A stretch of DNA of 64,000 nt from NCBI GenBank assembly GCA_963727525.1, contig CAVSGO010000007.1, positions 1,408,001 through 1,472,000 of the forward strand, written 5' to 3'. The notes under the pieces are model-generated. The model was not told the DNA's origin, searched no databases, and saw only the letters and a list, made by a program, of their open reading frames with translations. A program made the position numbers and the translations under genes. Source of the stretch: an uncultured bacterium (GTDB taxonomy: Bacteria; Krumholzibacteriota; Krumholzibacteriia; LZORAL124-64-63). Shown one piece after another: positions 32,910 through 43,490 of this stretch. Numbering within the stretch: the stretch's first letter is position 1; every line of letters begins with the position of its first letter.

Positions 32910-33803
32910 ATGGCGATCCTCGAGATGCGCGACATCCGGCGCGGATATCAGCGTGGCGCGCCCGTCCTGGACGGGATCGACCTCACGATAGAGGAGGGCG
33001 AGGTCGTGGGCCTGCTCGGACGCAACGGTGCCGGCAAGACCACCCTCCTGCGCGTGGCCTTGGGCATGCTGGCCCCCCAGCATGGCGAGGTCCGCGTCTT
33101 CGGCTGCGACCCGCGCACCGACCCTCTCGCGGTGAAACGCCGTGTGGGTTACGTGAGTGAGGACCAGGTGCTGCCCGGGTTCCTGCGCGTCGACGAAACC
33201 CTCGCCCTGCACCGCCGCCTCTTCCCCGACTGGGACGATGACCTTGCCCACTCCCTCGCCGCGCGTTTCAAGATGGATGGCCGCGCGCGCGTCAAGTCGC
33301 TGAGCAAGGGTCAGGCAAGGCAGGTGGCGCTCCTGTGCGCCGTCGCGCACCGGCCACCGCTGTTGCTGCTCGACGAGCCGGCCGGCGGCCTCGACCCCGC
33401 CACGCGGCGCGAGTTCCTGGAGACGGCGATCCAGCTCCTGGGCGAATCGGGTTCCACCATCGTCTTCTCCTCGCACCACATGAACGACGTCGAGCGCATG
33501 GCCAGCCGCCTGGTGATGCTGCACGACGGTCAGAAATGGATCGACAGCGCCCTGGACGACGTGCGCGAGGGCTACTGTCTCGCCCTGGTGCCGCGGACGG
33601 CGGGCATCTCGTCGCAGCGCCTGCTCGGCGTGCCGGCCTGCCTCTCGGCGCGCGAACGCGATGACGCCGTGCGCGCCGTCTTCGCACTCACCCCCGACAT
33701 CTGCGAGCGTACGCTTGCACACGAACTGGGTACGGGCGACGTGCGCTGCGTGGCCTTGCCGCTCGAGGAGATGTTCATCGAGCTGGTGGGAGGAAAGCCA
33801 TGA
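32910..33803 (+). CDS. ABC transporter ATP-binding protein (YtrB-like)
   Basis: GRNGAGKTT, LSKGQ, LLLLDEP, SSH, LEEMF. Confidence 0.93.
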   Translation: MAILEMRDIRRGYQRGAPVLDGIDLTIEEGEVVGLLGRNGAGKTTLLRVALGMLAPQHGEVRVFGCDPRTDPLAVKRRVGYVSEDQVLPGFLRVDETLALHRRLFPDWDDDLAHSLAARFKMDGRARVKSLSKGQARQVALLCAVAHRPPLLLLDEPAGGLDPATRREFLETAIQLLGESGSTIVFSSHHMNDVERMASRLVMLHDGQKWIDSALDDVREGYCLALVPRTAGISSQRLLGVPACLSARERDDAVRAVFALTPDICERTLAHELGTGDVRCVALPLEEMFIELVGGKP

Positions 33804-35233
33804 TCGCCACGCTCGCTCGACATGACGACGCGTACCGCTATCTGCCGAAGTGGATCGCCATCATGGTATTTCTCGCCACGACGTGGCTGGGGCTGGCGAC
33901 GGCCCTTGGCGATCGGATCGAACCCTGGCTGCTCGTGGCGCTCTGCTGGCTCGGCCCCGCCAGCCACCTGGCCCTGACCAGCCGCCTCGAACGCAGCCGC
34001 GACGTGTGGCTCGCGCTGCCGATCCCCGGCCGCTCGCTGTGGGCGGCGCACGGCCTGGCGCTGCTCCTGGCCAGCGGCGCCGTGCTGGGAGCGATCCTCG
34101 TGGCAGCCTTCGGCAGCGTGATCCTGGTCGGGTCGCTCAGTGCCGAGCTCGCGAGTCGTTTCGCCCCGATCGTGCGCCTGCTGGCCGTCGCAAGCCTGCA
34201 CATGGTCGCCATGTGGCTGCTGGCTATCGCGGTGATGCAGGCCCGGCGCCCGCAGCTTGCCGGCCCGACCGTGGCGACGCGCCATGACCTCGTGTTCGCC
34301 GGCGGTCTCGTGGTGATCACGACCGCCTCCATAGTGGGCCTCGGACACTGGGGACGAGCCGCCGCGCTGCTCCCCGTGGTCCTCGCCATCGCCATCACGA
34401 CGGCGACGTGGCGGCGGATCCCCGGGGCGCTGCTGGTCGCCCCCACCGGGCTCGCGCCTGAGGATCACGGTGGCGGTCGTCGTGATATCACCGCGCCGGA
34501 CACGCGCGCCACCGTGGGCATCCCGTGGTGGCGTCTCGTATTCATCGTGCTGCGCACCACGGCCAAGAACCCGTTCATGTTCGTCCTCGCCTACCCGATC
34601 CTCGCCTGCCTCGGTCTGCTGCTCGGCGGCGGCGGCCCGGCGCGCCCGCTGGAGAGTTTCCATGGCTACTTCATCGCCGCCATCACCGCCTACACCCTCT
34701 TCGCGATGACGGTGGCCGCGCTGCAGCGGTCTGCTCGCTTCGACCACCTGCCGCTATCGCGCCGACGATTGCTCGGCATCCTGCTTCTCCCCCAGGTGGC
34801 ATGCCTCGTGCTGGGCAGCGCGACGGGGGCCGCAATCGGCGCCTGGCGCGGATCGCTCGCTGCGCCGGCCGCCTCGCCGATTCTCGCGACCCTGCTCACA
34901 GGCAGCCTCTTCCTGATCGCGCTGGGTATCTACCTGGGCTGGCTGCGCGCGGCGGTCGGCGATCGCCGACGCGGCCTCGTGTTCACCACCATCCTCATGG
35001 TGTTGCTCGCACTCCACATCGCCCCATACGCGACGGTGTTGACGCACACCGTCCACGCCGACCGGATATCCACGTTTCTGCAGATCCTCACGACTGAGGT
35101 GGTGGCAGCGGTGCCGGGAGGCACACTGTTTCTTGCCGCCGCGACCGTGGTCATCCTTGGCCTGCTGCTGCGCTGGGTAGTGGCGCGTCTCGAGCGGGCG
35201 GAACTACCGTGGACCGAGGGATGCGGTTTCTGA
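33800..35233 (+). CDS. Putative ABC transporter permease
   Basis: About 12 TM segments; ATGA overlap with the ATPase gene. Confidence 0.65.
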   Translation: MIATLARHDDAYRYLPKWIAIMVFLATTWLGLATALGDRIEPWLLVALCWLGPASHLALTSRLERSRDVWLALPIPGRSLWAAHGLALLLASGAVLGAILVAAFGSVILVGSLSAELASRFAPIVRLLAVASLHMVAMWLLAIAVMQARRPQLAGPTVATRHDLVFAGGLVVITTASIVGLGHWGRAAALLPVVLAIAITTATWRRIPGALLVAPTGLAPEDHGGGRRDITAPDTRATVGIPWWRLVFIVLRTTAKNPFMFVLAYPILACLGLLLGGGGPARPLESFHGYFIAAITAYTLFAMTVAALQRSARFDHLPLSRRRLLGILLLPQVACLVLGSATGAAIGAWRGSLAAPAASPILATLLTGSLFLIALGIYLGWLRAAVGDRRRGLVFTTILMVLLALHIAPYATVLTHTVHADRISTFLQILTTEVVAAVPGGTLFLAAATVVILGLLLRWVVARLERAELPWTEGCGF

Positions 35234-35343
35234 TCGACAGGACATCCCGCAGCGACGAGGCCCCCCCGCGGAAACTGGAGGTGGCCCCCAAGGGAAGTCG
35301 TCCCGGCTGCGAACGTGGGCTAGACACGCGAAAGGAGACCGGC

Positions 35344-35502
35344 GTGGACGTCTTGCGCATTCTCATCGCCATCGTATTGCCGCCCCTTGGGGTCTTCCTG
35401 CAAGTGGGCATCGGCAAGCAATTCTGGATCAACGTCCTGCTGACGATCCTGGGCTATCTGCCGGGGATCATCCATGCGATCTGGGTGATCACCAGTCGCT
35501 GA
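35344..35502 (+). CDS. YqaE/Pmp3 family membrane proteolipid
   Basis: MDVLRILIAIVLPPLGVFLQVGIGKQFWINVLLTILGYLPGIIHAIWVITSR; AAGGAG RBS. Confidence 0.93.
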   Translation: MDVLRILIAIVLPPLGVFLQVGIGKQFWINVLLTILGYLPGIIHAIWVITSR

Positions 35503-35720
35503 GCGGGGTCATGGGTCCATGGACCTCGTGCGCCAGCGCCGGGCTCGCACGGAACACAAGTCCCACGCGCTGGAGTCGGCGTACGACGGCGGCGATCGGG
35601 AGGAATGTCGCGCCGAATCGCCACGCGGCCGACCACCACACCTTCCTGCCACGCAACGTCACGGCCGCTGCATGATCACGACCGTGACGAGCGCCGCGGC
35701 CAGTTCGAGGAAACCCCACG

Positions 35721-36572
35721 TCAGGCGCGTGGGTACCGGCTTGTTGTCGCCAGCGCGTGGATCTGCTCACCCGACGTGTAGTCGAACGTGGATCCGTGCC
35801 GGCTGTGGGGGATCATGAAGACGGCGAAGGTCACCACCGTCGCCGCCACCGCCCACCAGCGTCCAGTGGCCGGAGCCCGGCGCAGACGCCACACCGCGAG
35901 CAGCCACACCAGCACGGCGGCCGCCAGCTTGTTGTCCGTGAGATCCTCGCCCAGTGGCCAGCCGGCCCAGAACACGCCGAAGGCATACTTCTGCAGCAGC
36001 GGTCCGAGGATCAGCCCGCCGATCGCGAGGATCACGAGAGACTGGGTTGCCAGCGGCAGCAGGCGCGTTCCGCGCGCGAGCGCCTCGAGTCCCGTACGCA
36101 ACGACCAGAGCATGCCCAGGAACATCACCAGTATGTGCACCAGCAGCACGGCCAGCGGCACGGCACCCTTGAATCGCGCCACCGTGGCCTCGGTGGCCGG
36201 CACGTGCCTCGTGACGCCGCCTCCGGTGAGCGTGATGCGATACTCCACCTTGCTCGCCATCGCGTCCTGCTCCGGCAGCTCCCCCACGAGCCGATCGCCA
36301 TCGCGCCGTAGCACCACGATCTGCCAAGGTTCCTCTGTCGGAAAGCGACGCCACTGCGCCAAGCCCGCCACATCTCCCTCGCCAGACACCCGCACCGTGA
36401 TCGGCAACGCGCGCCCCACCGTCTGCGTGCGCAGCAGCTTCCCCGACGCCGTCACCCCTGCGAGCGTCTCACGAAACCGCACCGGATACGTGGGCCCCGT
36501 CACCCGCTGGTACACCCCCGACACCAGCGTTACCACCACCGCCACCACCCACAACACGACGCCACGCCTCAT
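35721..36572 (-). CDS. Hypothetical membrane protein
   Basis: YQRVTGPTYP, GPLLQKYAFG..W.GWP.G.DLTDNK, IPHS motifs; several TMs; GGAGG RBS. Confidence 0.75.
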   Translation of the reverse strand: MRRGVVLWVVAVVVTLVSGVYQRVTGPTYPVRFRETLAGVTASGKLLRTQTVGRALPITVRVSGEGDVAGLAQWRRFPTEEPWQIVVLRRDGDRLVGELPEQDAMASKVEYRITLTGGGVTRHVPATEATVARFKGAVPLAVLLVHILVMFLGMLWSLRTGLEALARGTRLLPLATQSLVILAIGGLILGPLLQKYAFGVFWAGWPLGEDLTDNKLAAAVLVWLLAVWRLRRAPATGRWWAVAATVVTFAVFMIPHSRHGSTFDYTSGEQIHALATTSRYPRA

Positions 36573-36675
36573 CCCGCCTCCGTCTCTCATCACGAGGTGC
36601 AGACGTAGTCAGGTCCTGGCTCTCCCAACTCCGCAGCCGCGTAGCGGCGAGGACATCGGCGAGCCAGGCGCCTGG

Positions 36676-38586
36676 TCACGCCCCGTATTGCTTGATCGCG
36701 CGATCCAGCTTCGGCAGCAGCACGAAGATGAACGCCGCCACGGCGAGCGTCGCCATGGCCAGCGTGAAGAACATGCCGGCCGTCGGCGGCAGACCGCTGA
36801 TGAAGCCGCTGAGCTTGTTGCCCACGGCCGTGGCCAGGAACCAGCCGCCCATCATCAGGCCGACAAAGCGCTTGGGCGCCAGCTTGGTCACGAGCGACAG
36901 GCCCATCGGTGACAGGCATAGCTCGCCGAATGTGATGACGGCGTAGTACACGATGAGCCACGCCGCCGAGACTTTTATCGTGCCGTTGCCTCCCACCTTC
37001 GCCGACGCCGCCATGATCAACAGCGCGACCGTGGTGAGCAGCATGCCGATGAAGATCTTGCGCGCCGTCGACACCTCGTGCCCACGCGCCAGCATGCGGC
37101 CGAAGAACCACACCACCACCGGCGTGAGCAGCACCACGAAGATGGGGTTGAAGAGCGACGTGATCATCTCGGCGTTCACGAGGCCGAGGAACTTGCCGGG
37201 CGGTAGTCGCGAGTCGCCCGCCTGGTGAAAGACCTCGGCGTACATCTGGGGCGTCACGAGCATCGCCGGCACCACGGCACCATCCACGTCGGTCGTGAGC
37301 ACCACCTCATCCACGGGACTCGTCGTCTCCGGGTTGATCTGCACCGAGACCAGCGGCACGCCATGCGCATCCTGCCCCTCTGATAGCTCGACATTGGCGT
37401 CGGGATAGACCTTGCAGGCCAGGAAGCTCCAGTCGGCCGGAACGGCGCTGTCATCCGGTTGCCGCGCCGTGACGCCGGCCGTGCGCGTCACCTCGGCCAG
37501 ACCCGACTGGCTGAGCCTCCGGGCGCCGAACATCGCCTCGATGCGGGGATCGGTCTGCACGAGCTGGTGCTCGTCGGGCCGTGGCGTCGACGCCGCGGCG
37601 TTGACGAAGTAGCTGGGCATGGCCGGCTGCTCGTAAGGTCCGATCGCAAGAACAGGGACCTGGCGATCGGTATCGCGTTCGGCATAGATCGTCATCAGTC
37701 CGCCGGAGAGGTGCAGGATCATGAAGAACGTACCGCCGGCGATGAACACCGGGATGAGCGCCCCGAAGCCGGGCTTCTCCGCCGGCTTCGCCTTGACCCA
37801 GAGCATCAGGAAGTAGCCCATGATCGGGAGCATACCCACGAGGAACGCGAACGTGGTCTTGCCGATCGAGCCCTCGATGGCGCCCGAGCGACCGCCGAGC
37901 CAGTAGCCGATGGCGCCGAAAATGGCCGCCGGCAACAGGATGCGCAGACATACCTGGCCGAAGGTGATGTCTTCGGGATCGGGCTCGCTGCGGCGATCGG
38001 CACGTTCGAGCTTCTTCCAGTTGACCGAAAGCACCGTCACGCCGATCAGCAACCCCACGCCGGCGGCGACGAACGCCATGTTGAAGCTGAAGAGGTTGCG
38101 CAGGGGCGCCGAGAGCAGGGCGCTCACCGAGGCGCCGATGTTGATCCCCATGTAGAAGATGTTGAAGCCCGCGTCGCGCTTCGGGTCGCCGGGCGCGTAG
38201 AGGTTGCCGACCATGGCCGAGATGTTCGGCTTGAACAGGCCGTTGCCCAGACACAGCAGCGTGAGCCCCGCCTTCATGGTGACCACGCTTCGCACGCCGA
38301 GCAGGAAGAAACCGGAGGCCATGAGCAGACCGCCGATGAAGACCGAGCGCCGGAAGCCGATGAAGCGGTCGGCGATCATGCCGCCGATGAACGGCGTGAA
38401 GTACACGAAGGCCATGTAGGTTCCGTAGATCTCCACGGCCTGCTTGAGCGTCAGACCGAGCCCGCCGCGTTCGGTGTCGGTGGCGTAGAGCACGAGGATG
38501 CCGAGCATGAGGTAGAACGCCAGGCGTTCCCACATCTCGGTGAAGAAGAGCGGATAGAGACCGCGCGGGTGTCCTTTTTCGCTCAC
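36676..38586 (-). CDS. POT-family proton-dependent oligopeptide transporter
   Basis: HPRGL..LFFTEMWER (ExxER), GNGLFKPNIS, FYMGINIG, GELCLSPMGLS. Confidence 0.93.
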   Translation of the reverse strand: MSEKGHPRGLYPLFFTEMWERLAFYLMLGILVLYATDTERGGLGLTLKQAVEIYGTYMAFVYFTPFIGGMIADRFIGFRRSVFIGGLLMASGFFLLGVRSVVTMKAGLTLLCLGNGLFKPNISAMVGNLYAPGDPKRDAGFNIFYMGINIGASVSALLSAPLRNLFSFNMAFVAAGVGLLIGVTVLSVNWKKLERADRRSEPDPEDITFGQVCLRILLPAAIFGAIGYWLGGRSGAIEGSIGKTTFAFLVGMLPIMGYFLMLWVKAKPAEKPGFGALIPVFIAGGTFFMILHLSGGLMTIYAERDTDRQVPVLAIGPYEQPAMPSYFVNAAASTPRPDEHQLVQTDPRIEAMFGARRLSQSGLAEVTRTAGVTARQPDDSAVPADWSFLACKVYPDANVELSEGQDAHGVPLVSVQINPETTSPVDEVVLTTDVDGAVVPAMLVTPQMYAEVFHQAGDSRLPPGKFLGLVNAEMITSLFNPIFVVLLTPVVVWFFGRMLARGHEVSTARKIFIGMLLTTVALLIMAASAKVGGNGTIKVSAAWLIVYYAVITFGELCLSPMGLSLVTKLAPKRFVGLMMGGWFLATAVGNKLSGFISGLPPTAGMFFTLAMATLAVAAFIFVLLPKLDRAIKQYGA

Positions 38587-38901
38587 GGTGCCGTCCTTTG
38601 CATGGTGGGTGACGTGCTTCGCGGCAACCTTACACTCCGGTCGCCGGACCTGGCAAGCCCGGTAGCCAAGGGTGCATTTGAAACGAGTCGCGTCTGCCGG
38701 CTGGCGGCACATTCTGCCGGTCGCTGCGCGATCCACGCCCCTTCCGGCGCTCGGCGCGCCCAGCACGCCATCATGTCCTTATATTCAAATAACTTACACG
38801 ACACGATGCCGGCGCATCGCCTCCTGCCGTGGCACGCGACCTGCAAAGGCCGGAGCGCCGACGGAGCACGTCGGTCAGGAGGTTCCCCGCAGATCGTGAC
38901 G

Positions 38902-40602
38902 ATGCGACGCATCATCATTCTCGCCAGCAGCGGTCTGGCCGCAGTCGCCGCGGTCGTGGCCGTCGTGGCGCTGGTGACGCAGTCCCGCGCCGTGGCACCG
39001 CCCATGCAGCGCGCGGCCGAGCGGATCGCGCGCTTCGCAGCGCAAGAGGATCTCGCGCGGCGCTTGGGCGCCCTCGTGGACGAACCCGCGGCGTCGCCGC
39101 GTGATCTCACCTCTCTCGCGGTCGCGCGCGAAGCCGTGGCGCTGGTTCATGCAGTGGGAGCCAGTGCCGATCTCGATACCACGGGTGTCGGAGACACTGC
39201 CGGGCGCGTCCTCGACGGGCTCGCCGCCTGGCAGACCGCGCTGGGCGACGCGAGTGCGCTGGCGGGCGACATCGTACGCGCCAGCGATCTCGCCGCGGAC
39301 GCGTCAGCGCGGATCGGTGCCACGTTGCATGCCAGGTCGGCGGACGCACTCCAGGCCCAGCAAGCCGAGAACAGTCGCGAGGGGCGGGGCTACGCGGCGC
39401 GCGCTGCGGTCTCCGATTGCGTGGTGACGCTCATGGTTGCCGGCGATCGCCTGCAGCGCCTGGAGCACGCGCGCCTCGTGGCGATGACCACGGGCGATGC
39501 CGCGGCGCTCGTGGCGGTGCCAGCCGAGACGGCGTATCTGCGCGACCTGCTCGGACCCACACCTCCGGGTCTCGCCTCCGACCTCGCCCAGCTTGCCGAT
39601 GCGCTCGCCACGCTGCATCGCGATCTGGTGCGCGCCGCCCCGCTGGCCGCCGCGATCGCGCACGCGCGCGCATCCGTCCGCGTGGCGGCCGGCGACCTGA
39701 CCCGCGCTTGCGCCCACGATGCCGCGGCGCAGGTCGCCGCCGCGCAGATCGCGGGCCGCACGGGGAGGCGCGCCATCGCGCTGGCGCTGGCGCTCGCCCT
39801 GGCGGGCGCGATTGGACTCGTGAATTGGCTCGACCAGCGGGTCGCCATGCCCGCAGAGCGGGCCCATGCGGACCGGGAGGCCGGCGATGCTCGGTCGCAG
39901 ACACACCTGGCAGAGCTCGCCACCGCCCGTCACGAGATGGCAACGATCGCGCGGGCCGACACCCTCGGCTGGCAACGCGTGGCGACACTCCTCGAAGAAC
40001 TGTCCACGGCGGACGGTACCGTGGCCGGCATCGCCCACGACGCCACCCACGCCCTCACCCAGGGCAGCGGCGTGGCGCGGGCGCTCCCCGACGCCGCCGA
40101 TGCGCTGCGCCACGCAGTGGCCGGGGTCCGGTCGGCCGCCGCGCGGCAGTCCGACCTCATGGCCGAGATCCGCGCTCTGGCCGCCCGCACGAATGTGCTG
40201 GGCCTCAACGCGGCCATCGAGGCGGCCCGGTTCGACACGGACGGTGAGGGCATGACGGTGGTGGCCAGCGAGCTGCGCCAGGCCGGTCGTCAAGCCAACG
40301 CAGCCTTCGCCGGCTACTCGGCCGCCCTCGAGGCCGCGCAGGCGAGCGCCGCCGCGGCCGGGACCGCGGGCGATCGCGTCGCCAGCCTCGCGGCCGATCT
40401 CGAACGCCAGCTCAACGCGGCCGCCACCGGTCTGCCGGCTCTGCACCGGGCCGCGGCCACGGTGGCGGACACGGCCGATGCTTTGCGCGATACGGCGCGC
40501 GAACGCCGCGCCGTCGCCCGCACGGGCGCGACGGCGGGGCTGATCACCGGTCAAGCCGCGCCGGAACTGGCCGATAGGGCGAAGGTCGGGATGGCAGGGT
40601 AA
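38902..40602 (+). CDS. Divergent methyl-accepting chemotaxis-like protein
   Basis: Two TM segments flanking a helical domain; RTNVLGLNAAIEAAR...GEGMTVVASELR resembles MCP signalling hairpin. Confidence 0.6.
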   Translation: MRRIIILASSGLAAVAAVVAVVALVTQSRAVAPPMQRAAERIARFAAQEDLARRLGALVDEPAASPRDLTSLAVAREAVALVHAVGASADLDTTGVGDTAGRVLDGLAAWQTALGDASALAGDIVRASDLAADASARIGATLHARSADALQAQQAENSREGRGYAARAAVSDCVVTLMVAGDRLQRLEHARLVAMTTGDAAALVAVPAETAYLRDLLGPTPPGLASDLAQLADALATLHRDLVRAAPLAAAIAHARASVRVAAGDLTRACAHDAAAQVAAAQIAGRTGRRAIALALALALAGAIGLVNWLDQRVAMPAERAHADREAGDARSQTHLAELATARHEMATIARADTLGWQRVATLLEELSTADGTVAGIAHDATHALTQGSGVARALPDAADALRHAVAGVRSAAARQSDLMAEIRALAARTNVLGLNAAIEAARFDTDGEGMTVVASELRQAGRQANAAFAGYSAALEAAQASAAAAGTAGDRVASLAADLERQLNAAATGLPALHRAAATVADTADALRDTARERRAVARTGATAGLITGQAAPELADRAKVGMAG

Positions 40603-40637
40603 ACGCGGGCCGCGTGCGCCCGCGGGGAGTGGACGGG

Positions 40638-42101
40638 ATGACCGAGAACGTCACGCACGACGAAATGCTCGACGACACGACCGTCTCGACGCCGGCGCCG
40701 CCCCCGGTGCGCGTGCGCGTCTCACCGGACAAGCTGGCGGTGCTCGTCAGCCTGCCCGATCCCCACGAGGACCTCGAGGGCGCCGCCTCCCGCGTCATCG
40801 CCGCCATGATGTCCGACGACATTCCCGGCGCGACCGACACCGCCACCATGGCCGCGCTCATTGGCGAGGCCTGCGCACCCGGCGAGCACCTCGTCGACCA
40901 TCCGCTGATCTCCGGTACCGCGCCCGTGCAACCGCGCCACGGCAGCCTCGAGTGGACGGTCGACTTTTTTGCCGAGGGATTCGAGACCGACGAGGAGAAG
41001 GATCGCGTGAACTACCGCGAGCGCGCGGAGAACCGGGCCGTGACCGCCGACCAGGTGCTGGCGCGATTGTGGACCGCAGCCGATGGACAGGCGGGGATCG
41101 ACATCTTCGGCAACAAGATCGCCGTCGACAAGCCGCGCAAGGAGCGCTTGCGCGCCGGCAAGGGTGTACGCATCGAGCCCGAGAGCGACGCCTGCCAGCG
41201 TTTCGTCGCCGAGGTCAGTGGCCGCCTGCGCCTCACCGACGGCACCGCCTCCATCGACGAAGTCTACACGATCAAGGGCAACGTCAATCTGGCGACCGGC
41301 AACATCCACCACACCGGTACGGTGATCATCATGGGCGACATCGAGGCGGGGTGCCGCATCGAGGCCGATGGCGACGTGCTGGTGAAGGGACTCGTGGAGC
41401 CCAGCAACATCGTTTGCGGCGGCAGCCTGACGGTGAGCGGCGGCATCGTGGGCGATGCCGAGCATAGTCTGGACGTGAAAGGCACCGTCGAGGCACGCTA
41501 CCTCAACGAGGTGACGCTGCGCGCCGGCGGCGACCTGCGGGTGCAGAGCCAGATCGACCACTGCCAGGTCCGCACCCGCGGCCGCGTGCTCATCCCACAG
41601 GGGCGCATCGCCGGCGGCTCCGTACAGGCCTACAAGGGCATCGAGGTGGGTCACGCGGGCGCCGAAAGCTCGAGCGAGACGGTGCTCATCGCCGGCGTGG
41701 ACTGGCAGTTCGAGGAGCGTCTCGTCGAGCGCCGGCACCGGGTGACGCAGCTCCAGGACGCCCGCAAGAAGCTCATGGCGGCGCTGCAGCAGGCGGCGAG
41801 TCGCCTCGACAACCTCACACCGGCGGAGAAGCAGGTGCTCGAATCCCTGCGCACGAAGGTGCAACAGGTGGACGCGGTGCTGCAGCGCGAGTCGCAACAG
41901 CAGGTGGACGACGGGCAGCAGATCATCCGCGAAGCCGTGCGCGAGGTGATCATCCATCGATCCACCCACGCCGGCACCGTCTTCCAGCTCGGCACGTTTC
42001 GCGATCGCGCCTTGACCACGTTCGACAAGCCCCGACTCGTGGCCCTGCGTCAGAACAAGGTGCACATCCTGCCGCTCGGCGAGGAACCGATGGTATCCTG
42101 A
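40638..42101 (+). CDS. FapA/DUF342 family protein
   Basis: GIDIFGNKI, GNVNLATGNI, repeated beta-helix units, GRIAGG, coiled coil insert. Confidence 0.85.
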   Translation: MTENVTHDEMLDDTTVSTPAPPPVRVRVSPDKLAVLVSLPDPHEDLEGAASRVIAAMMSDDIPGATDTATMAALIGEACAPGEHLVDHPLISGTAPVQPRHGSLEWTVDFFAEGFETDEEKDRVNYRERAENRAVTADQVLARLWTAADGQAGIDIFGNKIAVDKPRKERLRAGKGVRIEPESDACQRFVAEVSGRLRLTDGTASIDEVYTIKGNVNLATGNIHHTGTVIIMGDIEAGCRIEADGDVLVKGLVEPSNIVCGGSLTVSGGIVGDAEHSLDVKGTVEARYLNEVTLRAGGDLRVQSQIDHCQVRTRGRVLIPQGRIAGGSVQAYKGIEVGHAGAESSSETVLIAGVDWQFEERLVERRHRVTQLQDARKKLMAALQQAASRLDNLTPAEKQVLESLRTKVQQVDAVLQRESQQQVDDGQQIIREAVREVIIHRSTHAGTVFQLGTFRDRALTTFDKPRLVALRQNKVHILPLGEEPMVS

Positions 42102-42114
42102 CACGGCCGACGCG

Positions 42115-43377
42115 TCAGGCAGGTGTCGCCTCGAAACCCAGCGCATTCACCGCCGCCACGAGCTGATCCACCGCGAGCTTCTCCCCCCGCACCGACGCGT
42201 GTCCCCCGGCGAGGTCCACGGCCACGCTCGTCACGCCCGCCTGCTCGCTCAGCGCCCGTTCCACGCTGCTGCTGCAGTGGGTGCAGTTCATACCCTTGAT
42301 CGTGAGTTCGACGGTCTCGTGGGACGGGGACATCGCGGTCGCTCCTTCGGGGCCCTCGCATGCGCAAGTGTGCGCGCGACGTGGTCGGTAGGCCCAGGCC
42401 AGCACCGCCAGCAGGACGCCGGCGCAGACCTGGGAAAACACGGTGACGCCCGCGGCGTGGTCGTGTGCGAGCGCGAAACCCGCCAGGTGCAGGCGCGACG
42501 CCGGCATCCAGGCGTTGAGCAGCAAGCCGCCACCAAAGGCGCTCACGGCCACCGTGGCGAGGTAGATCGCTGTGGTGCGGCGGCCCAGCACCCGCATCAG
42601 GGTGGTGAGCGTGGCCGCGTTCGTCGCCGGTCCGGCCACCAGGAATGCGAGCGCCGCCCCCGGCGACACGCCAGCGTGGATGAATCCCGCGGCCAGCGGT
42701 ACGGATCCGGTGGCGCACACGTAGAGCGGCACCCCCACCACCATCATCACCAGCACCGGCCACACGCCGCCACCCAGCACGTGGGCGAGCGATCCCGCCG
42801 GTATCAGTACCGTGATGAGCGCCGCCAGCAGGATGCCCAGCGATAGGGCGCGGCCGATGTCGCGTGGCAGCGTCTCGAACCCGTACCGCAGCGCCGCGCC
42901 GACGCGGCCGGCAGCGCTGGCCGGCGTCGCGGCAGCGGCCGCGGGCGGAGTGGACGGCTCGCGCGCGGTGAACACCTGCACGGCGCCGCCACCCACGACG
43001 CCCGTGACCAGCGCGATGAGCGGCCGGAACACGGCGAAGTACGGACCGAGCATGGCACCGGTGACGGCGATGGAATCGACACCAGTCTGCGGCGTCGAGA
43101 GCAGGAAGGCCGACGTCGCCGCGCGGCTGGCGCCGTGGCGCCGCAGCGATGCGGCCACCGGAATCACGCCGCAGGAGCAGAGGGGCAGGGGAACGCCCAG
43201 GAGCGAGGCCTTCCAGACCGGCCCCATGCCCCGGCCACCCAGGTGGCGCTCGAGCCAGCGCGCGGACACGAAGACCGAGAGCAGGCCGGCCACCAGAAAC
43301 CCGAGCAGCAGGTAAGGTGCCATCTGCGCGGTGACGTGCCAGGCGGCGAGCAGGAATTGCGGGATGGCGGCGAGCAT
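42115..43377 (-). CDS. ArsP/SO_0444-like permease with C-terminal heavy-metal-associated domain
   Basis: PLPLCSCGVIP, STPQTGVDS, PLYVCATGSVP, AGPATN; C-terminal IKGMNCTHC. Confidence 0.9.
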   Translation of the reverse strand: MLAAIPQFLLAAWHVTAQMAPYLLLGFLVAGLLSVFVSARWLERHLGGRGMGPVWKASLLGVPLPLCSCGVIPVAASLRRHGASRAATSAFLLSTPQTGVDSIAVTGAMLGPYFAVFRPLIALVTGVVGGGAVQVFTAREPSTPPAAAAATPASAAGRVGAALRYGFETLPRDIGRALSLGILLAALITVLIPAGSLAHVLGGGVWPVLVMMVVGVPLYVCATGSVPLAAGFIHAGVSPGAALAFLVAGPATNAATLTTLMRVLGRRTTAIYLATVAVSAFGGGLLLNAWMPASRLHLAGFALAHDHAAGVTVFSQVCAGVLLAVLAWAYRPRRAHTCACEGPEGATAMSPSHETVELTIKGMNCTHCSSSVERALSEQAGVTSVAVDLAGGHASVRGEKLAVDQLVAAVNALGFEATPA

Positions 43378-43490
43378 CGCGGAAAGATCACCTCGGCGTT
43401 GCGGCGCGTCGGGGCGTGGCGCGCCCGGTCGGAGTCGCCGACAGGATAGTCGCGGGGAGGCAACGCCGCGAGAAATCAGCGGTACCAGGG

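Noticed and set aside
35503-35720. Intergenic region with GGTCCATGGACC palindrome as ncRNA or MITE
   Set aside because: No recognisable RNA motif, terminal repeats or second copy in the window.
37459-38901. N-terminal extension making a 1047-aa ORF (similarly 52223-52855 and 60047-60298)
   Set aside because: Extensions overlap real genes; better starts with a TM/signal peptide or RBS lie downstream.
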